Assembly: GCA_043228905.1 (NCBI GenBank)
Contig: JBHGNT010000014.1
Coordinates: 10,230,001-10,294,000 of the forward strand
Length of the DNA stretch: 64,000 nucleotides
Origin: Azolla caroliniana
Lineage: Eukaryota > Plantae > Polypodiophyta
Direction: 5' to 3'
Positions 52,011-63,610 of this stretch are shown here, piece after piece (positions within the stretch are counted from its first letter, which is position 1; each line of letters begins with the position of its first letter). Position numbers and translations under genes: made by a program. The notes below the pieces were generated by a model that was given only the letters and a program-made list of their open reading frames with translations, ran no database searches and was not told where the DNA came from.

Positions 52011-55000
52011 ACGTATTGAAGTTCGACTTCACCGGAAAGGACACGCTCACGGACGAAATGGTAGTGCACCTCAATGTGCTTGGTCCATCCATGGAAAACG
52101 GGGTTCTTCGCGAGTTGGATGCTGTTGAGGTTGTCGTAGTAGATCGTCATCGGATCTGACACCTCCACTTGTAGATCCTTAAGTAGTCGCTTCAACCATA
52201 TGGCTTCGCATGTCGCGATAGCCGCTCCTCGGTACTCAGCTTCAGTGCTCGACAGTGCAACTGTCGGCTGCTTCTTACTGCTCCACGCGATCGCGGCACT
52301 CCCGAGGGAGAACGCGTATCCGGACGTGGATCGGCGATCGGCGGCGTTGCTAGCCCAATCAGCATCGGTGTAGCCGACTAACTGCGCGGCTGCACCAGTC
52401 TGATATAGCAGTCCCCGGTCCTTAGTGTCGTTGACATACCGAAGTATGCGTTGCGCACACTGAAGGTGCTCCTCGGTAGGTCGCGCCATGAATTGACTGA
52501 TCACCCCGATTGGATAACTGAGGTCGGGTCGGGTGATGGTCAAGTATATGAGGCTTCCGACAATTTGTCGGAACCTCGTCAGGTCGCATACCTTTCCCGT
52601 ATCGGGACGAAGCTTGATGGTTCTGTCCAGAGGAGTCGAGACGGACTTACAGTCGGCCATCCCGAGTTTGAAGAGCATACCCAGCACGTAATGACGTTGG
52701 CTGATCAATATGCCTTCGAGGGTACGGATCACTTCGATCTTGAGGAAGTAATGAAGGTCCCCCAGATCCTTCATGTCGAACGATGCCGCAAGCTGGAGCT
52801 TCACGCGGTCGATTTAACCTAGGTCGGCGCCGGTGATGACCAAGTCATCAACATATAGTAAAATACTAACCGGTCCGAGTCGACCTTTCCGGATGAACAG
52901 GGAAGAGTCCGATTTTGACGTGACGAAGCCCATCCGATGCAGTTGTTGCGTAATCTTCGCGTTCCAGGCACGTGGGGCTTGCTTCAGTCCGTAAAGGGAC
53001 TTCTTTAGTCGCCATACTGCCGAGGAGTTCGTTCCAGAGTAAAATCCGGGGGGCTGTACCATGTACAGCTGTTCCTCAAGGTCACCTTGCAGGAACGCAT
53101 TCTTTACATCCATCTGATGTAAGTGCCACCCCTTGGCCGCGGCTACTGCAAGCAAAACACGGACGGTCGTCATTTTCGCGACTGGCGCAAACGTCTCATC
53201 GTAGTCGATGCCGTGTTTCTGCGCGTAGCCCTTTGCCACTAGCCGAGCGGTTGACTGAGGCATCGGTGTTGTAATTGACTTTGTACACCCATCTACACCC
53301 AATCAGCTTCACACCCTTCAGTGCGTCAACCAGGTCCCAAGTCTCGTTCTCCGCCAATGCGTGCATGTCTTCCTCCATCGCGGCGTGCCAATTCGCTTCC
53401 TTCGCCGCTTCTGCGTAGCTCTCCGGCTCACGCACTTCCGCTACACGGGTCATGTACGCATAATGATGCGCCATGTACTCGTTGTATCCGAACCGCAAAA
53501 CAGGATTCTTCTGGCGGGTAGATCGGCGTAATCTCACATTAGCCGATGTCGAGGCCTTCTCGGTCGACGTAGTCTTCACAGTTCCCTCGGAGTCGGACTC
53601 GCGTCGGTCTGACTCGTTCCTATCCTTGCCAGAATCCGACACCTTCTTCTTCCCTTTCTCTTTGCGCGTAAGCCGTCTCCTCGGCTTCCTGCGCGGGGAA
53701 TGCACGGCCGAGTCTCCACTACTCGCCGGCTATTCATCGGACTGAACACACCGATTCAGTCGTCCAATCAGTCCACTTAAGCGGAGTGAAATCGGACTCT
53801 CTTCGCGGATCTCGATTTCGGGCTCATCCGTAGGCATCTCGGCCTCGTTGACCTCATCGTCAGAACACGGATTGGACTCGGGGTTCGGAGTCGGGGGCTT
53901 GTACCAGGACGCAGACTCGTCAACCACAACATCGCGACTAACACGCGCTTGTTTGGTTCGAGGGTTATAGCACTTATAACCCTTCTGCTCGTCCGAGTAA
54001 CCGACCAAGATGCATTTCTCGGCCTTTGCGTCCAGCTTCCTTCTTTTCTCCTTCGGTACATGCACATACACAATGGTACCGAACACCCTCAAGTGTCGTA
54101 TGTTCGGCTTCGTTCCGAAATATAGCTCGTGCGCCAACATTTTGTCTCCGATCCGGTTCGTGATGTATACCGCGGTCCTTACCGCCTCGGCCCAGTAGAA
54201 CTTGGGCAAGCTCTTCTCCTCCAGCATTGGCCGTGCCGCTTCCACAACTGACCGATTCTTCCTCTCGGCCACGCCGTTCTGTTCCGGCGTGTATCTACAA
54301 CTGAATTCGTGGCGAATTCCCATTTGTTGTAGATAACCGTTGAATTGACCGAAAAAGTACTCTTTTCCACCATCCGACCGTAGGCACTTGATCTTTCGTC
54401 CTGTTTCCGTTTCCACGAACCCTTTGAGGTCACGGAAACAGTCGAAGACTTCGCTCTTTCTCTCAAGGAGGTAGATCCACGTGTGCCGCGTGTGGTCGTC
54501 GATGAAGGAGACGACATATCGGCTCCCGCCAAGACTAACGTTTTGTGTCGGCCCCCATACGTCGGAGTGTATAAGGTCGAGCTTGTTCCTGCTCCGGTTT
54601 CGCTCGTTGGGGAAAGGAAGTCGGTGTTGCTTCCCGAGCTGGCAGGCTTCAGAAATTTGTGCCTTTCGGCCACTAAATTTGGGCAATCCAAACACTATTT
54701 GTTTCGTTTGCAGATCTTGAAGCCGCTGGTAGTTGACGTGGCCTATCCGCTTGTGCCACAAGTCGATGTCCGACTCGGTCTTTTGTCCCTTCGCGAACAT
54801 TGCGGTGCCGCCGTCAGTGGAGTCGAGGATGAACATACTCCCGTCTCTGCGCCCTTGCGCAATCACTCTCCCTTCTTCCTCAATGAAGCACCCGAGGTGT
54901 GTAAACCGAACCTCCATCCCTTGGTCGACGATCTGTCCGACCGAGACCAAGTTTTTCGTGATTGTCGGAACGTGCAGCACGTTCATGAGTTTCCCTTTCT

Positions 55001-56634
55001 GCTCGACATGGCTAAGGGGAACTTCTCCGACATTCGCGATCGGATGCGGAGTGTCGTCTCCTGTTGCGACTACTCCAGGTTGTATCAGTTTTTCAAGGTA
55101 CGAGAACCACTCCTTATGGCTCGTCATGTGGTTTGACGCGCCGGAGTCTACGTACCACACCTCGTCCGATCTCGGGGTGGTCTGCTTCATTGAGTTTGCT
55201 TCGTGTCTCGTCATGAAGGCAGTCCCTTCTCCGGCTCTCCCGGAGTCTTCGGCGTAGTGCGATCGCTGCCGATTTCCCTTGTCGGTATGTCTGGAGCCGT
55301 TCCCGGAACCAGTTCTCTCCGAATCGGCGCGCTTCTTCCAGCACTCACTTTCCTTGTGTCCTTTCTTGCCACAGTACCAACACTCCGCGATGGACTTCCC
55401 TTGCCGGTTCTCATCACTTCGACTCCCCTTGTTTCCGGAGGGTCCGGAATTGCTGTCGGCATCACTTCGGTGCTTTCTTTCTTGATCTCGTCGGCCGCCT
55501 CCATTGCGTGCCGACTCGCCTCGTCCGCCACGACCACGGGGCCTTTCTCCCTCCGTGTACAACATCTTGCTGTCGGTGTGCGTGCTCGTCGACGCACCCG
55601 CGTGGTTCTCCTCTACCAGGAGCATCGACTGTAAGTCGAAAAAGGACGGCATATTCTCCCGGGTACACACAGCCGTTCGGAACGCTCCGAACTTCGACGC
55701 CAAACCTCCGAGACAGATCTGGACCATCTCGCTCTCCTCGATGTTCACCTCTATGGAGGCGAGGGAGTCGCAGATATCCTTGATCTTCGAGGTATAGTCC
55801 GCCACCGACAAGTCGCGTTGTCGTAGGTTGCTCAACTCCTGTCAAAGCTGAAGCTTCCTGGCTGTGGTGCTCGCGGCGAAAATCTTCTTCAGATTTTCCC
55901 ACGCACCCTTCGGCGTCTTTGCATCCCGAACATAGCTCAATAGTTGTTCGCCCACACACGACGCGAAGCAGTACAATACCCTGCTCGCCGATTGTTCCCA
56001 CGACGGGAAGTCTTTGTGTGTCGATTCGGGTGCCGCGTCATTAGCTCCTTCGACATAACTCCAGTAGCCGTGCCCGAGTAGGTACTGGTGCATCTTGTAG
56101 GACCAAGACGCGTAGTTGGTTCTGTCGAGCTTCTCTGTTGGAAGCGAGCTCGCCATGCCTCTATCCATCGTTCTTCTCATTCTTCTTTGTCAAGCTGTGT
56201 CGGCTGCAGAGAGGTTCTCAACCCTCACGCTCTGATACCAAGTAGAAAGTAACGTGCGGAAGCAAGTATGAAGACCGAACAGAAGGATGGAAACTCAGGT
56301 TCAATGGAGAGCTTTAGCTTACACGGTATACGCGGGAGAGACAGAGAGAGTGAGAGAGAAGACACAAAAAACTATATTCAACAATAATACTCAGTCTGTA
56401 CATAAGACGTGCTCAGTGAACACTTTTATACAAGCCCTAGAAGGACTGACCGAAGTACTGACAGTACTTCAATGCTCATCAAGAGCTCCTACACTAACTC
56501 CCAAATATATTCCTCACGGAATATCTTTCCTAACGACCTCCCGGTTTACGCACTCGGCCTAACCGTCGGTCCCAACCGATCCAGTCCTCGGCTTCTTCAG
56601 CCGAACCGGCCGATGTTGAGCTTGTCTCTCAACA
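52011..56634 (-). mobile_element. Ty1/copia family A copy A2: 5' LTR (56241-56634), Met PBS, near-complete gag-pol, cut in RNase H by G1
   Basis: PBS TGGTATCAGAGC at 56229-56240; gag KLDRTNYASW, CWYCGKKGHKESEC, PR WYVDSGASNHM, INT SDGGKEY...EQNGVAERKNR, RT QMDVKNAFL and YVDD, RH YTDADWA; LTR begins TGTTGAGAG. Confidence 0.95.
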
Positions 56635-57868
56635 TTATACAATTTCGGTATGGCTAAGTGCAAATCCGTGGCAACCCTGCTTGATCGTAATCTCAAACTA
56701 GATGCGAACTCCGGCACCAAAGCGTGTGAGCCGACTCAGTATCGGAAACTCATCGGGAGTCTCATCTACCTCACGATCACTCGACCCGATCTCAGTTATC
56801 CGGTCGGTCTCCTTAATCAATTCATGCAAACACCGTGTGATACTCACTTGGATTGCGCTCAGCAAGTTCTACAGTATGTGAGCGACACAATGGATTGCAG
56901 CATCCTCTACAAGATCGTGATGCCAATACGACTCGAGGGGTACACAGACGCCGATTGGACCGGCTACAAAGCCGATAGAAGATCAACCTCTGGATTTGTT
57001 TTCTCCCTCAGTAGCGGAGCAATATCCTAGAGTAGCAAGAAGCAGCCTATCGTCGCTCTTTCGAGTACGGAGGCAGAATACAAGGGCGCAGCCGTAGCTG
57101 CGTGTGAAGCCGTATGGCTCAAAAGGATTTTGAAGGATCTGGGCATACCCATCAAGGATCCGACTTCCCTTTACTGCGACAACATGATCAGTATCTATCT
57201 GGCTCGGAACCCGGTGTTCCACGCGTTGTCGTGAAGAAAACCGTCCACAAGCGGAATCGGTGCACCGGGGCGTAGGAACCGGCTCTTCATGCCCGTACGC
57301 CTTATATTGTACATAAGGGAGAATTAGGTACATAGGAGATCCTAGGTAGGTAGATTTAGTGGGTAGGAAGTAAAGGGGAAACGGCTCCTTCCTTGCCTAT
57401 AAAAGGAGGGAGACGAGAAGGGGGATGGGATCGCGGAATCAGAGAGGACGAAGTGCTGTCAGATTGCGTGCCGAAGGCTTCTCTCTCTTCCATACTCTGT
57501 AGTTCCTTTCTGTGCAGGTTTCGGGAGGCTCGCGCTGCTCTGAGGAATGCCCGAGTGCTTCCAGCAGCACCTCCATCCTACTCCTTTCTTTCTGTGCGTT
57601 TACGAACAGGCATCGGCATCTGTTCGCCGGCCTGTTCGGTTGTAACGAACTTCGTGTCTTGTTGTTTGTCTTTGTTAATAGATACATACATTCGTGTCTC
57701 TCTGTGTCGCTGTCCCACTCGCGTCTTTGTGTCGAAGGGCCGTGTCCCTGTGAATCTACGGTCACACCTAGTGGGTCTCTTCCCTTCGCCTTTCTCTCTT
57801 GCTCTTCGGTACAAGACCCCCGAGGTCCCGCCTCGTTCCACACATCCGCGAGGAATACCTCGACATCT

Positions 57869-57886
57869 TGGTGAACCCGACGTGAA
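57869..57886 (+). promoter_or_regulatory. Primer-binding site complementary to tRNA-Trp
   Basis: TGGTGAACCCGACGTGAA, 3 nt after the LTR, is the reverse complement of ...TTCACGTCGGGTTCACCA, the plant cytosolic tRNA-Trp 3' end as I recall it. Confidence 0.85.
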
Positions 57887-59981
57887 GGAGGCGGTAGAAG
57901 AGCAGAAGATGAAAGGGTCGGATCTTGCAGAGGCCATGGCTTCGGCCGTGGATCGGATATTGAGTGCACGCGAGGGCACCGGCGCCCTCGACAGAGCCAT
58001 TGAGGCGGTCATCGATACGATCGGCCGGTTCAGTGGAAAGGATGCCACGAAGTATTTGGCGTCCTACGGGGCAGAAATGCTGATGCGGGACATTCCGGAA
58101 GAGAGGCGTCTTGCCGGGTTTCCTCGAGAGGCGTCTTGCCGGGTTTCCTCGAGTGGCGATGCCGAGCATCCATGCGGAGATGCTCGAGGTGCGGCCGGAG
58201 AGCCGTACCTGGGAGGAGTTCGAAGGCTGACTCCTAGAAAAATACGGGCTGGACGACGCGCTCCGGCTTTTGAAACGGGACTTCATGGAATGGGTGGAGT
58301 CCCCCGGCAAGGGAAGAAACGCGTCGGCACTCCTCCGGGAGTTTGAGGAACGCTTTGCGCGCCTTTCGGCGCTTGACCGAACCGTTCTAGATACGAGCCG
58401 GGTCCTACTGTTCGTCAAGTCGGTGGACGAGCGGGACCGGGATCAAGTCGGCTCCTTGCTAGAAACCGAAGACGGGCTGACGATCGACTGGACTGCGGTT
58501 AAGAGAGTCTGTGGCCATTTTGACAAGCGGCGAGAATGGGCTGACAACGGGGCGGCCGGAGCGGGCTCTGTCACAGCAAGGAGGCTTGAAATGGCACCGG
58601 AAGGGCGAAGGGAAGAGACCCGGGAATGGCTCGAAACCGGTCCGGCTTCGACCGGCATGGTCAGTGGCTCGTCGGGCGATAAAGGATCTCCAGATCGCCC
58701 AGACTCGAAGGGAAGGCGGCGAACCGGCTCGTGACCGACGGCCGGCAGCAGGGAACAGGTGCATGTGGTGCGACGAGGTCGGCCACATTCGGAAGGACTG
58801 TGGCGATTTCGCGGAGGCGTTGAGGAACCAGGTGGTGTACCTCTGGGAAGGCCGGGTGCATGCCGGCGATACCAGGACGGGCGCCATTCGGTCCAATTTC
58901 TGACGGTGCGACCAAACCACGAGCGGAACCGCGAATCCCTCGGTGGTGAGAACCGGGAGGATTTTTAGAGAGGGCTGCCAAGGCGTGGGGCCGAGACAGT
59001 CCGGACACTCGGGAAAGACCCCACAACTGTACAATAGAACCGAAACCGAAGAATCCTTGTACGATGGGTAGAAAAATTTGCTTCTCCAACAACGGAGGGT
59101 GTATGATAGTCGGCATCGTTGGCCGAGAGAAGGCAAGGGCGGAAGAGCGACTTTGAGCGTGCGGAGTCCTCGGCTCGGACGAGGAAATCAGCGGAGCCGT
59201 GGAGGCGGTCTCCTTCGACGACACCTTGGGTATGCTGAGGAAGGAAGCCAGAGAAGACCTTAACGAAGACCGGACGATACCGGTATGTTCCGAAGAGATA
59301 TACGAAGTCATCGCGAGCTTCAGTCAGGGGCTCGGGTCGGACATGATGACCCGAGTTAGCACGAAGTACAAGATTGTGGACCGGAAGGTAAGGCCCGTCG
59401 CGGCACCCTTGCCGGAGGGCAGCGAGTCCCGAATCAGAGGGGTTGTGTCGGACCCCAGTTTGCAAGATCCGGTCTGCATAGGACACACTTTCACCGATGG
59501 GACGCTTCGGGAGCTCAAAATCGGTGGGGGCGGGTTCCTACTACCGGCGGAGGAAGACCGGTTTCGGAGAATGCTCGGAAGGCACGGGAAAGCCTTCGCA
59601 TTCTCACCTGAAGAGATCGGGTGCGTAGACCCAACAATCGTGGAGCCGATGGTGATATTCACGGTACCGCATGTACCGTGGAATCTCAAGCCGATTACGG
59701 TACCAAGAGCTCACATCCCGAGGTTGATGGAGCTACTTAGACAGAAAGTCGATATGGGCATTCTCGAACCGTCGAGTGCCCCATACTCGAACCGATGGTT
59801 TACCGTACCGAAGAAAAACGGAACATTGCGCTTCATTCAAGACCTGCAGCCGGTCAACAGAGTGACCATTCGGAACGCATGAATCGGACCGACCATAGAC
59901 GAGTTCGCGGAGGCCTTCGCCGGAAGGTCGATTTACTCGATTGGTGATCTGTACTCAGGGTATGACCAGTTCCAGCTAACC

Positions 59982-62462
59982 GTGGAGAGCAGAGACATTA
60001 CGACGATGCGAATTCCCCTCGGCCTAGTGCGAATGTGTACCCTGCCGCAAGGAGGGACTAACTCGGTGGCCCACATGGTGAATGCAATGAACAAGGTACT
60101 GAGGGATTGCATCCCGGATGTCACCATGCCGTTTCTAGATGACATCCCGATCAAGGGGTGCCCGGTGGAAGAGAAGGACGAGACACTCGGGCCGAACGGA
60201 TGCCGGCGATTCGTGGCAGCACACATCGACGACTGCGAGAAGGTGCTACAAAGGCTAGAGGATGCGAGGCTCACCTTCTCCGGGGAGAAATCGGCCTTCG
60301 GGCAATCAGAAATCCTGGTGGTCAGACAACTATGTGGACCATATGGCCAGAAGCCGTCTCCGGCAAAGGTAGAAGCCATCTCCACGATGAAGACCGACTG
60401 TAGCTCGGTTACGGAAGTTCGGAGGTTCCTGGGGGCGTGCGCGTTTTACCACATATGGATCCCGCATTACGCCCACGTTGCGGAGCCGCTATACGGGTTG
60501 CTGAAGAAGGGACGAAAATTCGAGTGGCGAGACGAGCACACGGAGTCGGTCCGGAAGCTGAAGGAAGCTCTTGCGGCAGCACTGGTGTTCCGGAAGGCTG
60601 TCTACGAGAAGGGTACCCCGGTATACATAACGGTGGATACGAGCCCGACCGGGATCGGATGGGTCGTCAACCAAGAAGACGGGGACGGCATTCGGTTCCC
60701 GATCCGATTCGGCGCGAAGGTCCTCAGTGAGCGACAGCGAGGGTACGCCCAGGTTAAACGCGAACTCTGGGGTATCGTTTCGGCAGTAAAGGCCGACAAA
60801 GACTACCTAATCGGGACAGAAGTGGTTATCGAGACGGATTGCCTGCCTATTCTCGGCATGGTTTCCGGATGCGCGACACCAAACCTGGCGATGCTCAGGT
60901 GGATAGCGTACATCAAGTCCCTAGACCCGGAAATACGACACATTTCCGGAAAGGACAACACCATGGTCGACATGCTTTCGAGGGCGAGGTTTGATGACGA
61001 GGGCGGCATGGTTTCGGAGGACGAAGGAGTCGGCGTGGACTTCTTCGAGGCAGCGTACATGACGACCGATGGGACGAGCACTCCGGCGCTTAACGGCTTC
61101 GACGAGAGCAAGTACGACGGCGAGTGGCTACAGATCGGTGGGTTCTTAAGGACCATGACGCCGGATGCGTCATGGACGAGGGACGAGACCAGCCGGATCC
61201 GGAAGAAAGCATACCGATTCTTTCTCCGGGACGGATACTTATGGAAGCACCCGAAGAAAAGGAACGGCGTCCCGCTCCGGGTGGTGGCGATGAAGGAAGA
61301 ACAGGAGGAGCTGCTGACGGCCTACCACGACAGCCCTTGGGCTAGACACCGTGGAACGTGGGCCACGTTCGAGAAGATAAAGGGTAAGTACTGGTGGCCG
61401 GGACTGTACCAGGACGTGCATCGGTTTGTGACAACTTGCGAGAGCTGCCAGATGCACTCCGTAGTCCGACATCGGGACGAGCTTCACCCTACGTACCCTC
61501 CGACCATCCACTTCAAATGGATGGTAGATCTGGTCACGATGCCGATGGGAGTAGGACAGATGCGGTATCTGGTCCTGGCTCGGGAAGATCTGACGAACCA
61601 GGTGGAGGGCCGAGCCCTTCAGAACAAAACGACCGTGGCCGTATGTTGGTTCCTGATCGAGGACGTGATATGCCGGTACGGGTGCGTCGGGAAGATCGTG
61701 GCTGATCGCGGGGAGTTGGACGCCGAAGAGGCCGAGGAGCTGTTCGACCGGTTAGGAGTCAAGCTCTCGCTTACCACTGCGTACAATCCGGAGGCGAATG
61801 GGAAGGTGGAGCGCAGGCACGGACCGATCGTCAAGGCGTTAGTTCGGGCATGCGGAGGACAAGTCGGGAACTGGCCGCGGCTGCTGCCTTACGCGTTGTG
61901 GGCTGACCGAACTACGCACAGTTCGGTAACCGGATTCATGCCGGCAGAGCTCATGTTTGGGCAGAAGCCGATCATGCCGATGGAACGTACGATCTCCTCA
62001 TGGGCAACCGTGGACTGGAGAGACGAGATGAGCCGGGAGGAACTGTTGACGGCGCGCATACGACAGCTTGAGCGAAGGCCGGAGGACGTGGAGCAGGCTG
62101 CGGGAAGGCTTCAGGTGGCAAGGACGAGGAACAAAGCCCGGTTCGACCGAACGCACCGTCTCCGACCGAAGAAGATCGAGGAAGGCGACTGGGTGCTAGT
62201 TTACGACAGCAGCCTCGACAACCAGCACCGAGCGACACGAAAGTTCGCAAGAAGGTGGTTCGGGCCTTACGTGGTACAAAGCGCCAACGACAACGGGACG
62301 TACCATCTGGCGGAATTCGATGGTACGAGAATGGCGATACCGGTAGCTGGGAAGCGGATCAAAGCGTTCAAGAAGCGTCACGACGACGAGCCGGATCCGG
62401 TTAACCTGGACCGCGACGACGAACGATCCGAAACCGAGGAAGAACCGACGGGCGGGGAATGA
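59982..62462 (+). CDS. Gypsy Pol fragment (RT C-half, RNase H, integrase), uninterrupted
   Basis: 826-aa ORF with LPQG, FLDD, RNase H D-E-D, HHCC, DDE and GPY motifs. Confidence 0.9.
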   Translation: MESRDITTMRIPLGLVRMCTLPQGGTNSVAHMVNAMNKVLRDCIPDVTMPFLDDIPIKGCPVEEKDETLGPNGCRRFVAAHIDDCEKVLQRLEDARLTFSGEKSAFGQSEILVVRQLCGPYGQKPSPAKVEAISTMKTDCSSVTEVRRFLGACAFYHIWIPHYAHVAEPLYGLLKKGRKFEWRDEHTESVRKLKEALAAALVFRKAVYEKGTPVYITVDTSPTGIGWVVNQEDGDGIRFPIRFGAKVLSERQRGYAQVKRELWGIVSAVKADKDYLIGTEVVIETDCLPILGMVSGCATPNLAMLRWIAYIKSLDPEIRHISGKDNTMVDMLSRARFDDEGGMVSEDEGVGVDFFEAAYMTTDGTSTPALNGFDESKYDGEWLQIGGFLRTMTPDASWTRDETSRIRKKAYRFFLRDGYLWKHPKKRNGVPLRVVAMKEEQEELLTAYHDSPWARHRGTWATFEKIKGKYWWPGLYQDVHRFVTTCESCQMHSVVRHRDELHPTYPPTIHFKWMVDLVTMPMGVGQMRYLVLAREDLTNQVEGRALQNKTTVAVCWFLIEDVICRYGCVGKIVADRGELDAEEAEELFDRLGVKLSLTTAYNPEANGKVERRHGPIVKALVRACGGQVGNWPRLLPYALWADRTTHSSVTGFMPAELMFGQKPIMPMERTISSWATVDWRDEMSREELLTARIRQLERRPEDVEQAAGRLQVARTRNKARFDRTHRLRPKKIEEGDWVLVYDSSLDNQHRATRKFARRWFGPYVVQSANDNGTYHLAEFDGTRMAIPVAGKRIKAFKKRHDDEPDPVNLDRDDERSETEEEPTGGE

Positions 62463-63397
62463 AGGCTGGACCGGTTTTCTCCATCCCAACTCAATTTGGC
62501 ACATGCCGGTGGATGCGCGGTTAGGTGGGGGCGGATGTCGTGAAGAAAACCGTCCACAAGCGGAATCGGTGCACCGGGGCGTAGGAATCGGCTCTTCATG
62601 CCTGTACGCCTTATATTGTACATAAGGGAGAATTAGGTACATAGGAGATCCTAAGTAGGTAGATTTAGTGGGTAGGAAGTAAAGGGGAAACGGCTCCTTC
62701 CTTGCCTATAAAAGGAGGGAGACGAGAAGGGGGATGGGATCGCGGAATCAGAGAGGACGAAGTGCTGTCGGATTGCGTGCCGAAGGCTTCTCTCTCTTCC
62801 ATACTCTGTAGTTCCTTTCTGTGCAGGTTTCGGGAGGCTCGCGCTGCTCTGAGGAATGCTCGAGTGCTTCCGGTAGCACCTCCATCCTACTCCTTTCTTT
62901 TTGTGTGTTTACGAACAGGCGTCGACATCTGTTCGCCGGCCTGTTCGGTTGTAACGGACTTCGTGTCTTGTTGTTTGTCTTTGTTAATAGATACATACAT
63001 TCGTGTCTCTCTGTGTCGCTGTCCCACTCGCGTCTTTGTGTCGAAGGGCCGTGTCCCTGTGAATCTACGGTCGCACCTAGTGGGTCTCTTCCCTTCTCCT
63101 TTCTCTCTTGCTCTTCGGTACAAGACCCCCGAGGTCCCGCCTCGTTCCATGCATCCGTGAGGAATACCTTGACAGCGTGGACAAAGCACATCGCAGTGCA
63201 CTATCACTTCATCCGAGAGCGCGTTCTAGCTAGCAATGTCGACCTACAACACATTAGCACAAATCTTCAAACGGCTAACATCTTCACTAAAGCCTTAGGA
63301 GCCGACAAGCTGTGACAATTGATGACCGATCTCGGATTGACGATCCCTGACCTGCCAAGCTTGAGGGGGAGTACTGAAGACATTACACAATAATGCA

Positions 63398-63610
63398 TGG
63401 ATTCCGCAAACCGTGTACATTACGCAATAACGCGTGGATTCCGCAAGCCGCGCACACTACGCAAGAACGTGTGGATTACGCAACCATGCAATGAAGCCGC
63501 GAAGAGCTGATCTACCGCGCAAAGCCGCGAAGAAAGACGCAAGCCGAAGCACAAACTTCGCAACTACGCACAACGCAAGCTGGAGCACGGATTCCGCAAC
63601 TCCGCATAAA
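63398..63610 (+). repeat. Degenerate ~37-bp GC-rich tandem repeats in the copia 3' UTR
   Basis: TGGATTCCGCAA...TACGCAA units at 63398, 63435 and 63472, and a related unit at ~63588. Confidence 0.7.

Larger units (their letters stand above)
57227..63174 (+). mobile_element. Young Ty3/gypsy copy G2 with both LTRs (57227-57865 and 62536-63174), internally deleted for protease
   Basis: 639-bp LTRs with ~18 substitutions by eye (~3%, almost all transitions); 4-bp TSD GCGT at 57223-57226 and 63175-63178; Trp PBS; 826-aa RT-RH-INT ORF 59982..62462; no chromodomain and no additional RNase H. Confidence 0.97.

Noticed and set aside
51041-52804. 587-aa minus-strand ORF fusing copia RNase H to a long novel tail
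   Set aside because: Read-through from copia A2 into the antisense strand of the G1 LTR. Indels between the G1 and G2 LTRs shift this frame, so it is not conserved as protein.
57393-58346. 317-aa ORF starting inside the G2 LTR
   Set aside because: TTG start at the TATA region; a chance open frame in a GC-rich LTR running into gag, which probably starts near 57909 or 57936.
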